Shown one piece after another: positions 40,492 through 54,378 of a DNA stretch of 64,000 nt. Source of the stretch: Bugula neritina (lineage: Eukaryota > Animalia > Bryozoa). A model generated the notes under the pieces. That model ran no database searches. It was not told where the DNA came from and saw only the letters and a program-made list of their open reading frames with translations. Position 1 is the stretch's first letter, and the number at the start of each line of letters is the position of its first letter. The stretch is from positions 17,204,633 through 17,268,632 of the forward strand of contig OZ037769.1 of the NCBI GenBank assembly GCA_964035545.1, written 5' to 3'. The translations under genes and the position numbers were made by a program.

Positions 40492-40596
40492 TACAGACCT
40501 GCCAACTGTCACAGACCTGCCAACAGTCACAGACCTGCCAACTGTCACAGACCTGTCAACTGTCACAGACCTGCCAACTGTCACAGACCTGCCAAT
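40492..40596 (-). repeat. 18-bp repeat of an AG|GT acceptor-like junction (gtctgtgacagttggcag x ~6)
   Basis: Immediately upstream of the ATG-containing exon at ~40437-40498. Confidence 0.85.
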
Positions 40597-41066
40597 AGCA
40601 ACAGATTACATCACAAAATAAAAACATGGCATTGAATATGATTTTGAATTTGTTCTTTGAGCTAAAATATGGCAAGTCTAAAGCACAGATACCCTATAGA
40701 ACCTCATGCTAAGTGAGAAAGGGAGGGCTGAGGGGGAGAGTATGATGTCTTACCCAAGTCTTATCTATGGTTTTTAACCATTACTTTCACATTCTGCATT
40801 ACAGCATCTCAACATTTTAATTCTTTTTCATGTTTTTTTTCTGCATCATATTAAAAATAAATTTTTTAAGTATTGCATTTTAGTTTCATTCTTTAAATGA
40901 CTAAAATTACTAAAAAATATAGTTTGTATACAAGTGTTCTTAACTATTAATATAAAAATAATATTTATATACCAGAATAATTACACAGTTTGCCCCCAAA
41001 AAATACAATACATTTTGATTGTGTTAACTTAAAAGGTCAAAATACTATATCAATAACTAAAAAGAT

Positions 41067-41152
41067 CGACTCCGGTGGGACTCGAACCCACAACCTCCGA
41101 ATGGCATCTAACAACTAGAAGTCCGACGCGCTATCCATTGCGCCACGGAGCC
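41067..41152 (-). tRNA. trnR-TCT: tRNA-Arg(TCT) with a 13-nt intron
   Basis: GGCTCCGTGGCGCAATGGATAGCGCGTCGGACTTCTA[gttgttagatgcc]ATTCGGAGGTTGTGGGTTCGAGTCCCACCGGAGTCG. A and B boxes present, intron 41103-41115 one base after the anticodon, TTTTT terminator just downstream. Confidence 0.96.
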
Positions 41153-42133
41153 AGACATATATCTGCAAACCAGTTTCAAATCTGGTTTCCTTATCCCTAG
41201 AAAGATGGTAATTAATTATAAGATTTAGTTTTGCCATAACCAACTGTAGTATTATGGTAATTACTTCTTATTAATTACAGGAACTGTGAGACAGAGCCGT
41301 GATAGGAGAGATTTGTTACTATTATATGTACAAGTTTGTATATGCTTTGAGGTAAAGTATCCACTCAATCAAAATTAAATTTTCCTACACTTTAAAAATA
41401 CCAGAGCTCAATATTGCAAATAAATAAAATTAAATAAAGAAGATTTGCTAGGAATTTTAATTATTCAGTCATTAGCAGTTTTTGCATTTCATAAATAGTC
41501 AATTAAGTTACAAGGAATAATGTGTGTAGACCAAGGTATGCTCATAGAATATACTCCTACTTGAAAAATTATATTACTTTTAAAAAATAATCATAGATTT
41601 CTATGTTGTAATTGCTGCAGCAACTAGTTTAGCTTTTTGAATATTGATGTGATACACAGTGAATGGTAGAGTGGTGCTCAACTAATTGCCAGTCAAACAG
41701 TTGCCGGAGACAGAAGATAAATCTAAAAGTTTTTAAAGACTCGAGACAGTTATAGTTTGTCATTCCTAAATATGTTGTATATAAGTTATAGTAATATATG
41801 TTATATGTAAGTTATAGTAATTCAGTTTATTGTGGTGGGAATAAGGCCTTAGGTACTACTGTACTAATGGGCTTCAGATTAGGTGACATGTATATCTAGG
41901 ATATAGATATGATAATAGAGGTGTATTATAATGATGCAGTAGATAGGATATAGATATGGTAATAGAGAAGTATAATGATACATAGATAGGATATAGATAT
42001 GGTAATAGAGAAGTATAATGATGCAGTAGATAGGATATAGATATGGTAATAGAGAGTATAATGATACATAGCTAGGATATAGATATGGTAATAGAGGGGT
42101 ATACTGATATTCAGGCACTGATATTGCTGGATA

Positions 42134-45100
42134 ATGTCTTCCAAGAAAGAAAAATCAAGCAGGAAAAAGTCAGGGAGTTGTGAGATTCAGGAGCCATAGT
42201 AAGCAATGTTTCGCCATCTGTATGCAGTGAATATACTTTATTTAGATGTACTTCCAACTCTCTCCTCATTATTATTAGTTGGGAACTCAATCTTTTAACA
42301 GCTTCTAACACTTACTTTCTGAAAATATTTTATTACAGTTTGTCACAAGCATCATTTGTAAAGTCAAAAGTAAAAGTACTTAAAAACAAAAATTAAACTT
42401 TTGATTTAGGGCACACACATTAGTCACGCCTTTTGCTCTTGCTTGTATAACCAACCTACTATGATTATAAACTGCATGGCCCAAAGATAGTCATTTCATT
42501 GTTTTCATTCATTTGTTATATTAAGTTTCAAACTAGCCTATTCTATAGATTCAGAACCTTGTCATAACTTTACATGATAAAAATAGTTTCATGCAGGCTT
42601 GATACTCTTTTTGGAATTATATTTGGGCATCAACTTTGACTTCCATAACATTTTTAGCTATAGCCAAATTGCTGTTATACTTTTGACTTAGTAAGGGTCA
42701 ACTGAGTTTACCATTATTAAAATAAAGCTTTTTCTGCCTTTTTCTCTTATCCTGAAAACTTATTTAATATCCCGTTTGTAGTTGAAAAATAAAACACTAT
42801 ATTAGCCAGCCGTTTTGTAATATGTGATTTAGTACCCAAACTGAAGAAAACCAAATGGAAGAATCTACAGATGAGACTCATACAAATAATCACGTGAGAC
42901 ATCAATTTAAACATAACCGGCATGATGATAATGGATTCGTGGGCGCCCCGGCACAAAACTTCCTAGCACAGCCGTCTGATCACAAACAAGAAAGCTGCTC
43001 TGGTAATGAATTGCCTATATTATTTGTGTAAGGGTTTAGAATCTTAAAGTCTGTAATTGTAATAATTATTGGGTATAGATCAAGCTTGAAAAACTGTTAT
43101 AGGTAGGATAGGAGCAAAATTGTGTTCATGTGGCTTTCTCACCCTGAAGCTAATGGTTTCATTAAACTTGAATTTGATATTTGCATGATCAGTAATATAT
43201 ATCTATTTTAATATTTTATTATACGCACGAGGTATCTATAGGGAATATACTAGGTTATACCAGCTAGGATATATATATTGTGAATATACTATATTACACA
43301 CCAGCTATATACCCCATATTTACCACATGCTAGGTATATATTGTGTATATTATAGGCTACTGCGTATTTACTAGGCACATTGCATTATGTCCATTATAAT
43401 AGTATCATCATCATGAGCATATTATTAGTGCACCTATCTTTCATGTCATATGCATGTGATTTTCTTACAGAGTGCTCTTTGAAAGATGAGAACAAAATAG
43501 TCCCCGTATTCAGGTAAGAATAGAAAAGCCAGTTTGTATAAGCTATTACTTAATATTCCAAAATGTGAGATATACTATAGCTCATTTTAAAAGATAACTT
43601 GATCTACCGTAACCACAAGCTAAATTTAAATAAAGTATTCTGAGCTAGCCTTGGCAATCAGAGTCATAATATATTTATGGGTTGCGTGGTTTCAGAATAG
43701 ATCATATGGCCAAGGAAGGGCTGCTAGGTATTGCTGCTGCAAAGGATCCTCATGAAAAACCCCACAAGGAGAAAAATAAGGCTAAAAAGAAAAAGGCTAA
43801 AGCTCATCGGGATGTGGTAAGTTCGCGTGTCATGTTTCTAGCCAATCACTAAATATTAATATCCAATAGGTAGTTCAGCTGAGCAACAATTTGTATGATG
43901 CTAGGTCAAGGTGAATGCAATTCACTCCTGTTACACCGAGCAAGATGAGTTTGGTAACAACATTTATGTCCGGCTAGAAGATCATCTCAACAACACATTT
44001 ATACAGTTTGGTGAGGCAGAATTTGGCAATGAAGAACCAATGAATAATGAAGTTGGCTTCTTAGGCGACCCGTTGGATCCACAGCAGGTACTTGTTGGTG
44101 AACATCTTTTCTAGTGTGCAGTTTCCCATTTGCAAAATTGTCTATTTTCAAGTTGTCTATTGGTAATTTTTCTCTTTTCCTAAAAGGTGTCTTCCAATTG
44201 TCCTTTTTGAAATGTTGTGGATTCTATGCCAATCTTAGTATCAAAATGGAACATAAAGGTTAAGAAAGTTTAGGACAACTTTTTCAGTTATTGATTGTCT
44301 TTTGAGCTTCATGTCTGCAATATTTTGAAGGACCCTGAAACTGGTGAAAGGAAGATGTTAGTAAAATTTACGTGTTTGCAGAAAGGCTCTGATTCTGGAA
44401 ATGGGCCTAAAATAAATTCAGGTTATGCAGTAGGTAAGCTTCCTTTCTAGATTCAATTAATTTTAAAGTATTGAAGCTATTCTAACTTTCTAAATTAGTA
44501 ACTTTGTAACTAAATTTGAAACACTTCAAGGCATAAGGAGTTGTTAAACAAAATTCAGCTAGCAAGCCATGTTTAAAAGAAACTCGTTTTGGCATGAAAT
44601 TCTGCTCAATGCCATTACTTTGTTAATAGAATAATTACAAGCAAATTTTATGTAAAAGAGTTGGCATAAAGTCACTTTAAAAAATCAATTCATTTTCCTT
44701 GTAAAACAAACTTGCATTTATTTACATTTTTTAATGCTTCAGTGTTGAAAAAACTAGCTTTAACAAAACTGTAAAATGTTTTAGTACCAATATTGATCAT
44801 AAGAAAGATGTTGCATGGTGTATCATTAACATACAAACCATATAGATTAAAAGTAAAATCGAGGCAATAAATACTGAAGTAAGTGCAATGAGCCGGTAAG
44901 AGCGGAATTTCATGTTCACTGAACTCTTCAAAATGAGGTAAAAATAGTAGTTGTCTTGGCGTTGCCTCAAATCTAATGCTTTATATACTATAAAACTTGG
45001 AAACCTTGTATTGATTTACAGCAAAGAAAGTTGGGCATGCTACTAACACACCACTTAAGTCTTTGGTTGCTATCGGTAAGTGGGTGGCAATAAACTCGTG

Positions 45101-45958
45101 AACAAAATGTCTGCTCTTGCCGGCCATCGCGAGTCAAAAGCATAAAAACTGGCGAGAGTTCTAAGTAGTAAAATTGCACAAAATTCTGAAGCAGTATTTT
45201 CTCAATACTGTTTGAATAAAGCTATATATAGGATTAGGATTTGATAAGGATAAGAGAATATAGGTCAGTGTAACATTACAGCGTCGACTGTAGAGCAGCT
45301 GACCCCACATAGGGTAAACTTGCTCAGGGAAGCAAGAGAGACTCAGTATGAAATTAAAAAAGGACCAAGCAACATGATAACGTGGTTCATGCGTCTGGAT
45401 TGGCACAACCCTCGCCCAGGAACACCAAAGTATGTTATTACTTTGTTACTTAGAACAACTCACAGGAAAATTATTTAAAGATTTATTTTATTAGATTGCT
45501 TAAATGAAACCAGTCAAGCATCGCTTTTAAAGCTCAAGTTGCTGAATTTGAATTTCAGACCAAGAGTCACTGTCGACATAAGAGATGGAGACGAGACTCA
45601 AACTTCCATCAAAGAAGAAAAGGACAAACATCCAACAGTCCGTCTTCAAAATCTTTCAAAAGGGGCACATCAAGATTCAGATTTTAAGTTTGACTTCGTA
45701 GATAAAAAGTTTTTTAGAAGAGATTCGTATGAAGAAAATGAATGTGAGTTGTTTGGTGAAGAGGTGGCACAGGCCTGCAACAAGATCTCAAACCTGTATC
45801 AAAAGCGTCTTTTCATATGGAGCATTAGAGAGTTAATGCACAACGCCAGGACTCAAGCAGCTGGCCTGCGTTATAGTAGTGATGAGGAACCTGATTCAAG
45901 GCCATTTATTCCTCCAGTACTACCGGCTTTAAACTATCAGCAACAAAGTTTCCTATAA
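42134..45958 (+). CDS. Uncharacterised protein (~390 aa)
   Basis: Eight phase-consistent exons 42134-42198, 42833-43002, 43471-43513, 43696-43816, 43905-44087, 44382-44433, 45282-45429, 45559-45958. AATAAA at ~46010. No recognisable domain. Confidence 0.72.
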
Positions 45959-46299
45959 GCTCTTTGGAAAACTTACAAAATCATAAACAATGAATGTCGA
46001 TTAGTTTGTAATAAATTAAGGAAGTATTAAATACTTGTTTAAATTTTCCTCAATATAAACAAAATAGCATCAATACGCACAGTTTTCGATTATTTGAAAA
46101 AATCGTAGATGATAGTATTTATTATTAATAAAAGAAATACCGGCAGAAGCAGACATTGCGTTTACATATATATGTTCAATATTTCAAAACATATTTTGGT
46201 GAGTTGCTAGAGCATGCTTACACATTTATAGTATATATGCTAACTTCTCTCTAATTTTTTGCATAATGTGCTAGCCAATAACGAAGCTTATTTTAGCGC

Positions 46300-46600
46300 T
46301 GATATGATACTGCAATATGATACTGTGACATGACACCACGGTATGATACTGATAGGACACTATGATATGATACTGTGATATGATACTATGATATGATACT
46401 ATGATATGATACTGTGATATGATACTATGATATGATACTGTGATATGATACTATAATATGATACTGCGATATGATACTATATGATATGATACTGTGATAT
46501 GATACTGTATGACACCATGGTATAATACTGATATGACACTATAATATGATACTATAATATGAAGCTGATATGATGCTAGGATGATATTGATGTGACATAT
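46300..46600. repeat. 13-bp minisatellite (atatgatactatg)
   Basis: Degenerate tandem copies. Confidence 0.88.
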
Positions 46601-46919
46601 TATTATGATACTACTATGACATGATACTAATGACGTTCGACATGAAATTTGTGGTAATATTTATAATGTATAAAGAGCTACTCAATAAATATTGTAGCCT
46701 CGGACAGCAGCAATGTGACCTTGAACTTTGCAGAGCCCAATGCGATTTTGACTTACACTGCAATAACTGGGCGTGTACCAAAGAGTGAGAAAATAGAATA
46801 TCAAAATCACAACTACTGATTGCTAGCAATTTAATTAAACCTTGCAGAATTTAGCAGCTCCACTGCCTATAGATATGTTTGAACTTAATTGTTATATAGC
46901 TTAACTAAATTATTTACTT

Positions 46920-47709
46920 CTTTGCTATGACTATGTATTTGCTATGACCATATATTTGCTATGACCATGTATTTGCTATGACCATGTATTTGCTATGACC
47001 ATGTATTTGCTATGACCATATATTTGCTAATGCCATGTATTTGCTATGACCATGTATTTGCTATGACCATATATTTGCTATGACCATGTATTTGCTATGA
47101 CCATGTATTTGCTATGACCATGTATTTGCTATGACCATATATTTGCTAATGCCATGTATTTGCTATGACCATGTATTTGCTATGACCATATATTTGCTAT
47201 GACCATATATTTGCTATGACCATGTATTTGCTAATGCCATGTATTTGCTATGACCATGTATTTGCTATGACCATATATTTGCTATGACCATGTATTTGCT
47301 ATGACCATGTATTTGCTATGACCATGTATTTGCTATGACCATATATTTGCTAATGCCATGTATTTGCTATGACTATGTATTTGCTATGACCATATATTTG
47401 CTATGACCATGTATTTGCTATGACCATGTATTTGCTATGACCATGTATTTGCTATGACCATATATTTGCTAATGCCATGTATTTGCTATGACCATGTATT
47501 TGCTATGACCATATATTTGCTATGACCATATATTTGCTATGACCATGTATTTGCTAATGCCATGTATTTGCTATGACCATGTATTTGCTATGACCATGTA
47601 TTTGCTAATGCTATGTATTTGCTATGACCATATATTTGCTAATGCCATGTATTTGCTATGACCATGTATTTGCTATGACCATGCATTTGCTATGACCATG
47701 CATTTGCTA
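46920..47709. repeat. 17-bp minisatellite (tatttgctatgaccatg x ~46)
   Basis: Long array with recurring variants (ccata, aatgcc) in higher-order blocks. Confidence 0.97.
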
Positions 47710-47836
47710 GAAAATGTGCCATATATTGGGTTTTGTCAATTATTATGACCAACTCTAGTCATGCTAACTAAATAGCATTCTATTTGATTTTGAGCAGCTT
47801 TGGTTAGATTTTTGTGCCTTCTTTCCAGGAGTTTAC

Positions 47837-50800
47837 ATGACTCCTGCTGGTGACCAGCACATCTGGTATGCCTCCATATGCAAAGAGACTATTGCTTGGG
47901 GTAAAGCGAGGAAAAGGAACATGAATGCGCATAAGCGAAATGCCCGAAGGTATTTGACTCATGGACCAACATATCAAGCCCTTATTCACACTATTAATGA
48001 GCCATGTGAGCTGCTATGTCTACAATATGAAAACTTTAATACTTAGCAAGTTATTATATATACATATTTATGCCTAGCTTCTTCAACTATAGTAGTTTAT
48101 GTATTTCTTTTCAGTTGAAGCTGCTAGAGCATACAACCTCGCCCCTTTAGTTGCTCAAGCTAGAATAAAAATTCACCGCCACGGAAGTTTAAATGAAATT
48201 CAAGTAACAAGCCCAATTCCAACTATACAGTATTTAGTGCCCAAGCCTGCTTTATTGGATAGTAAAGAGACAAAGGTTTCCAGTGCGGTTAAGAAGATAT
48301 CTGCAAAGGAGATATTAGTATCGGATCATTCTGCCAGCAATGAGCTTCAACGTAAAGTTAGTGCACACAACCAATATTCCAGAAAGAGTGTTACTTATGC
48401 AGTTGATGAAGAGTTGTCTACTACTGAGCGGTCTGAACATCTAGAAGCAAAGCCAGGTGAGTGTCAGACTTTGAAATATATTGAGTGATAGCAAACTACT
48501 TTTCATGACACATTATTTCAATGCTGCATCACTTACTACAGTTGCTTAACTTAGAAATAATTTGTTCAAATATCTCAGTAAAAGCTAAAATTAAAGAACC
48601 AAGTGAACAAGTTGTATATCCAAGATCTTCCCAATCTCAACCTAAGGCTATGACTGCTGCAATCAAAGAGAAGACAACTCCTGCAGAAGAGTTTTATTCA
48701 GACAGCAGTGACTATGATTATGCATACATAAGGTGGGTATACCATGTTTACAATATCAGCTTAGTTGAACTAAATTATAGCAATCCACTACTTTTCATGT
48801 TAACATGATTTGATAATAATTGCAGCGAGAATGCTTTAGTAAGTCCTGAGAAAGGTTCATTAGAGGATCGAGAAGATAGGGAAAGTTTGGTGAGATATAT
48901 TTTATTTTTTATTTTATTTATTAAGCATTTTTAAAACTTTACTAATCTGTGTCCGTAAGATATATAAACATACTTAATGTTCATAGTTTATGAAAACTCT
49001 TTGTAGATATTATGGTAAAACAAAATGGATATTTATACATATTTAATAATTGATGAAGTTGCAGTAAATAGAATAAGAAGTGAATTAGCCATGTTTATTT
49101 ATAGCTCAGAATTTTTGAATACATGTTAATTTTTTTTCCACTTTTAGCAAGAAGATCTTGAAAAAGGTAATGCAAATATAGAAATGTTGGAAGGTATGTC
49201 ACAGTATTGGTCAATATATATGATAATCATAATAAATGCCTTACAACATGTGGGGAAAATTAGGCATTTATGCATCGACAAAGTGTGCAATTTTTTATGT
49301 TTGCACTGTTTGCTTTTTAGTTGTTGCACTAAAAGTTAATTGCAATATCATTTATGAATAGTTTTATTTTTAAAATTAAACGAACAGTTGTAACTATATT
49401 GTGTAAGTATAGGTAAAATTAATCCAATAAATTTAGTGTTTGACTTTGATCTTAGAGTTAGTTAATAATAAATGAGTATAATTATAAGTGTGTGCAAGTG
49501 TAACTAATAGTAATAGTAATACCATGACTATAAGTATAATATTAATAATATTATTATCACTATATTTTGAATATATTAGTTATTACCATTACCAGTTTCA
49601 CCATTCTGATTCTCATTTTGATAATATTTCTCAGAGTAAGCTATACCAAAACAGCACAAACTCATAATTAATTAATATAAATAATAGAGTATGATTATAT
49701 GAATATTTTTATTTTTTTTATTTTCATTTAATATAAATCTTGCCTAAGTTGTAATTCATGACAGCTGTTAAATATTATACGTTATAACATTATCATTACA
49801 ATGTTATAATGATAATACAAATTATATCACTTGCTAAAGAAATCAGTATAATACAATATCACCACACTTATACTTACCCTAATGTAATGGTGAGTAGCAC
49901 AGATACCATTCATGTAGCAGACATTACGAAATAAAGCTTTCTAACGGAATCGTCATTTGGTTGAAGTGTAAAAATAAGTTTGTTGGAATAGTTGAGCAAA
50001 TATTCGACTAATATGTTTGATATTTTAATCAAAAGTCGATAAGTGTAACGGCGGGACAAATCACGTAAACTCGCAGACAAATAATTTTTGTTGCAATGCA
50101 AAGTGAAAGTGGGTAAACGAAAACAAAGACTTCGAGCATTTATATCTAAGAAATAACTTGATGCAGCACGAAGTCTGAGATTAATTGGTGCAGTAGTTTG
50201 GCGGAGTGATGTGTTTACAAATGCTGCACTTATTGACCTTAGAATTTGTGCTACATCTACTAATTTTTTGATCCTAAAGATAATTGCATTACTTCTGGTT
50301 GCAACTTAATTACAATATCATCATCAATTGTATTTCAGAAGCCTCAAAACCATTTGAAGAGACTCAAGAAATTGATTTATCTGATAGCGAAAACAAAGTG
50401 AAAGTAGATGGTCACGGTAAGCTAATACTAATAGTAATAGTGATACTAAAAGTCGTAGTGATATTATAAATATATTTCAATATTTGTGATTATTTGTATA
50501 TATTTGGAAAGTACGAATTCTTATCACAATCATTATGAGTTTATCAATCTTAATCTAAAACCTCAAAGAATGGCTAGTCGGGCAACTAATACCAGTAGTA
50601 ATATAATTGTACATATAATCCTTGTGCTGAAATTGAATTGATACAGTGTCTAATAGTTGTGTTACGGAATATTAATTATGATTCACATGCAATCACTATC
50701 ACTATCACTATGAGTATGACTCATGTTCATAGTAATATGAACATATCGTTATCAATATCATTATAATTGGGGTATTTTATAAATCTAAGAACTTTTTAAT

Positions 50801-52637
50801 TGCATTGGAAGCAAAAAATGAAACTGGAATTTTGCAGAGACTAAATTTAATTAACTGAAATCGATTTGTGATTAATAATATACTTGAATTTGATTTTAAA
50901 ATATATGATGTTGGATACAATGAAAAGCATTTTGTAAATATTATTATTCTGAATCATTCATATTCTCAATTATTACTCCTGCTTTTCATTTAGCCATTAA
51001 TTAAATGAACAACATAAGCAGGCTATACACTTGTTTACATCCCAGCACTCTATCACATTGATAAATCCACTGCAACATATAAATCATTGTATCATGCTGT
51101 ATCATATATTATAGCTAACCAGTTTTCTGTGTTGTATGTTATAGAGCAGTACCAAAGTTTTGCATACCAATTATAATCAATATTTGTCAAGCTTCATGGT
51201 GTGTTACATCTGGATTGTTAGCTCATTCTTATGAATCTTTTTACAGACAATGAAAGCCAGTCAAGATGGTCAAAAATGCAGAAATCTATACTGAAGGTAA
51301 GTTAACAGATTTTTACCTTAATATTTCCTGAGTGTATCGAAGAAATAATATGGATCAGTTCAATAGTATTTGATTGTTGTGGGCTTTTGAATCAAAGTAA
51401 AGAGATTTACAAGTATAATATCTGTATTTATAAGTTTACTATTGGCAGTCTATACAAGTCATGTACTGAATTGTAGACGGAGCGAAAGAAAGTGGAGAAA
51501 TCTCAAAGTGAGGCTAAGAGGTTTGCAGCTATGAGGGGAGATGTAAGGCTAAGTCCAAGACCTCCAAAGAAGAGTGGTAAGTCATGCAGCTGGTCCAGCA
51601 GTGAGCAAGTACAGTATAACATACCACGTCAGTGTATTCAAGGCAGCTTCACTGATCAATGTTAAGTTTATTTGTTTTTGCATCAGTTTATTGGGTGGAT
51701 AGTTTCAGATAAACCTGCAGTGGCTGTGTCGAAGAAGGGAAGACAACCACTAATAGAACACGCCTTAGAGCCAGAAGGTCATAGTGAAGAAGGTTAGCGT
51801 TTTACAGTAGTGTTACACATCCCCCCCACCCATAGCCTTGTCTACAAATATATGCAGTAGTTACTATAAGGACCCCCCCTGAGTTAAAGAGATTATTCAA
51901 GCAAATCGTATTTGATTCACATTTAAATTCAAGTAAAGTTGAGGCAGAAGACCTAATCTTATGACTATTCACCCATAATTATAATTTTCATGCCCAACAT
52001 TAGGGATTCTTGTGTAGGGAAAGACAACTTTACATGCTATGTGTAGTGCAATGTGTACAAGAGAAGACAACTTAGCAATGTATATAACTCAAGTAGAACA
52101 CTGTGTGGTGTTGCAGAGGGAGTGCTGGAGTCAATGTGGACCTCACTAAGAAGGACAGCCAGGGAGTCGGCCATTAAATCGCCACGTCATCCTCACAATG
52201 ATCTGTCTGCACGTCCTCCAGCTAGCAGACGTACCCCTCGTAGAGCGCAGACTATCAGTAGCAATCCTGAGGCTTTCACCAACGAGCTGCACTACGACTC
52301 CGAGACCAACAGCTACGTGAAAAGGAATGTACGGTCCACAGGCTATCATCATCGTAGAACTCCCAGTTCTGTTGGTAAGAGTCTCAGACCAACTCATAGT
52401 GAGTCCTCATCCAAACAGTCTCCTCGCAGTACAATTCCCAAGAGAAATACTAAACCTGTGAAAAACGTCAAGGTCAAGTCTACAGTTTCCAGTAGAAACG
52501 CATCTGGTGATAAAACAGCTGAAGTGAAGACTGTCAAGAGGAAACCTACAGCAACCCGCGAGAAAAAACCAACCAAGGCAGTCACAACTAAGATATCCAA
52601 GAAGCCACTAAGTGGCAGAAGATTGCAAATGGTGTAA
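47837..52637 (+). CDS. Uncharacterised, largely disordered protein with a very basic K/R/S/T/P C-terminus (start uncertain)
   Basis: Phase-consistent exons approx. 48115-48456, 48579-48732, 48826-48889, 49148-49193, 50339-50416, 51247-51296, 51477-51576, 51708-51792, 52116-52637. AATAAA at 52691. First coding exon ambiguous. Confidence 0.7.
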
Positions 52638-53111
52638 TTTAGTTCATGTTCCAGTAGCAACTCTCGTACGTCTGTCTAAATGTGTTCTTGAATAAAGTTG
52701 TTAGCAATTATCTCCACTTGTTTCTTCAACTTAATTTGAAGACAATGACCAGATAACTGCTATCTGCCTCAAATTCTACTAAATCAAGTCTTGAATATAA
52801 TAAGTAGGTTATAACAAGTCAAGAAATTTTAGAAGTTATTGGGAAGTATTCAATTCAAAATTTATCAGCTGCTTATTTTCAACACAGATGCTTACTTTTA
52901 TTTCAACACAAATAAACAGAGTCCCTGGGTACAACTTATGACTGAGCTTATCATGAATAGTTGTAAAAACTAGAATCTGATATATTAGGGTTAGCAAATA
53001 TAAGACAGGATGTGTTGGTTTTAAGGTTTTATTTCTACTCCATACGATGTTATGTACAGACAACTGTTGATAAAACTGAAAGACGTTAAGCAGGTAGAAA
53101 CGAGACAAAGT

Positions 53112-54267
53112 TTAGTCAAACAGGCCGAATCCCATATCATCATCTTCCGACTCAGACTCTTCTTTCTTTACTTCTTTCTTTTCTGTTGAAAGAACAGAAA
53201 GATTGTTATGCAGCTTATTGCACCAAGACATGAATTAATGCAGTGCCATTAAACTATCAGACTCCAAATAAACCATCAGTTGTACTCAAAGCTTACCTTC
53301 AGCAGCGGCTGGGGCAGCTTCAGCGCTAGCACCACCAGCAGCGGGGGCAGCAGCACCGGCTCCAGACCCAACGTTGGACACCAAGTCTTTGATATCGATA
53401 CCGTCGAGGGCTTTGGCAAAGAGTCCTGGCCAGTAGGCTTCAACATCGACCTTGGCTGCCTTGAGTATAGCAGTGATCTTCTCACTCTGAAAGATACAAT
53501 ATAGCGATAAGAAATACACCAGATATCCAGGCTGTACAACACGCAACTGAGAATGACAGCAATAAATCAAATATTAATATTCTTTGACATACCAGATTTC
53601 ATCTTACAAATTCAAAGATTTTTGCTGTAATAAGACCATTGGACTATTGTTATTACTTTTAATTTACACAAAATAACTTGAATTAATAGAGTCAAAGCAA
53701 TTGCAAGTTCAAGTAAAAGATGTCTCATTAAAATCAGTAATGAATATCATAAACTTTAAGTGGTGAAGATCAATCTCAATTTGATAATGATTGCAATTTC
53801 AACGTATCACAATTAATATTATATTTATATCAACTAAGTTTAACCATCATCATTGATTGATTTCAAAATAAAATGAATAATTTGAATTTATATTTTATTT
53901 AATCATTGAGCTACAATAACAATATTAATAAACCAAATTATAATAATTTCTGCCAACATAGAACGTTGAAAGAAATGGCTATTTTTTGTTATCAAGTCAA
54001 CTTTAACTCTAAGCACAAAATAAATGTAACAGCAATGGATTGCAATTATTCCTAAAGGTTCATTACTTGAGGAAAGGTTTTACAGTGCTTACTGCGCTCC
54101 ATTCAAATTATTTTCACTCACACAAAGCTACTTTTCAGTACTAATGGGCATACGATTGAGAATATCAGTTCGAGTAACCAACACTTATGGCTTACCGTTA
54201 CGGCGAGACCATCATCAGCCAGCATAAGAGCAGCGTAAGTGCATGCTAACTCATCGTTGGAAGCCAT
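53112..54267 (-). CDS. RPLP1: 60S acidic ribosomal protein P1
   Basis: Exons 54196-54267, 53297-53486, 53112-53182: [58 protein letters not shown]. Confidence 0.98.
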
Positions 54268-54367
54268 TTGTAGTGTTCTTTACGTTAGATGTTATTTTAA
54301 AAGAGATGTACGTTGTCGATTTCGACCTTAGCTCCTAGGAGAACAGCACACCTTGGAAAACTTCTTA

Positions 54368-54378
54368 ACGGAAAAGGA
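54368..54378 (-). promoter_or_regulatory. Polypyrimidine initiator / 5' TOP motif of RPLP1
   Basis: Minus strand TCCTTTTCCGT about 100 nt upstream of the ATG, as typical of ribosomal protein genes. Confidence 0.65.

Noticed and set aside
53733-53853. Box C (ATGATGA) ... box D (CTGA) pair in RPLP1 intron 1
   Set aside because: Lies in an AT-rich periodic tract where these motifs arise by chance; no terminal stem or rRNA antisense seen
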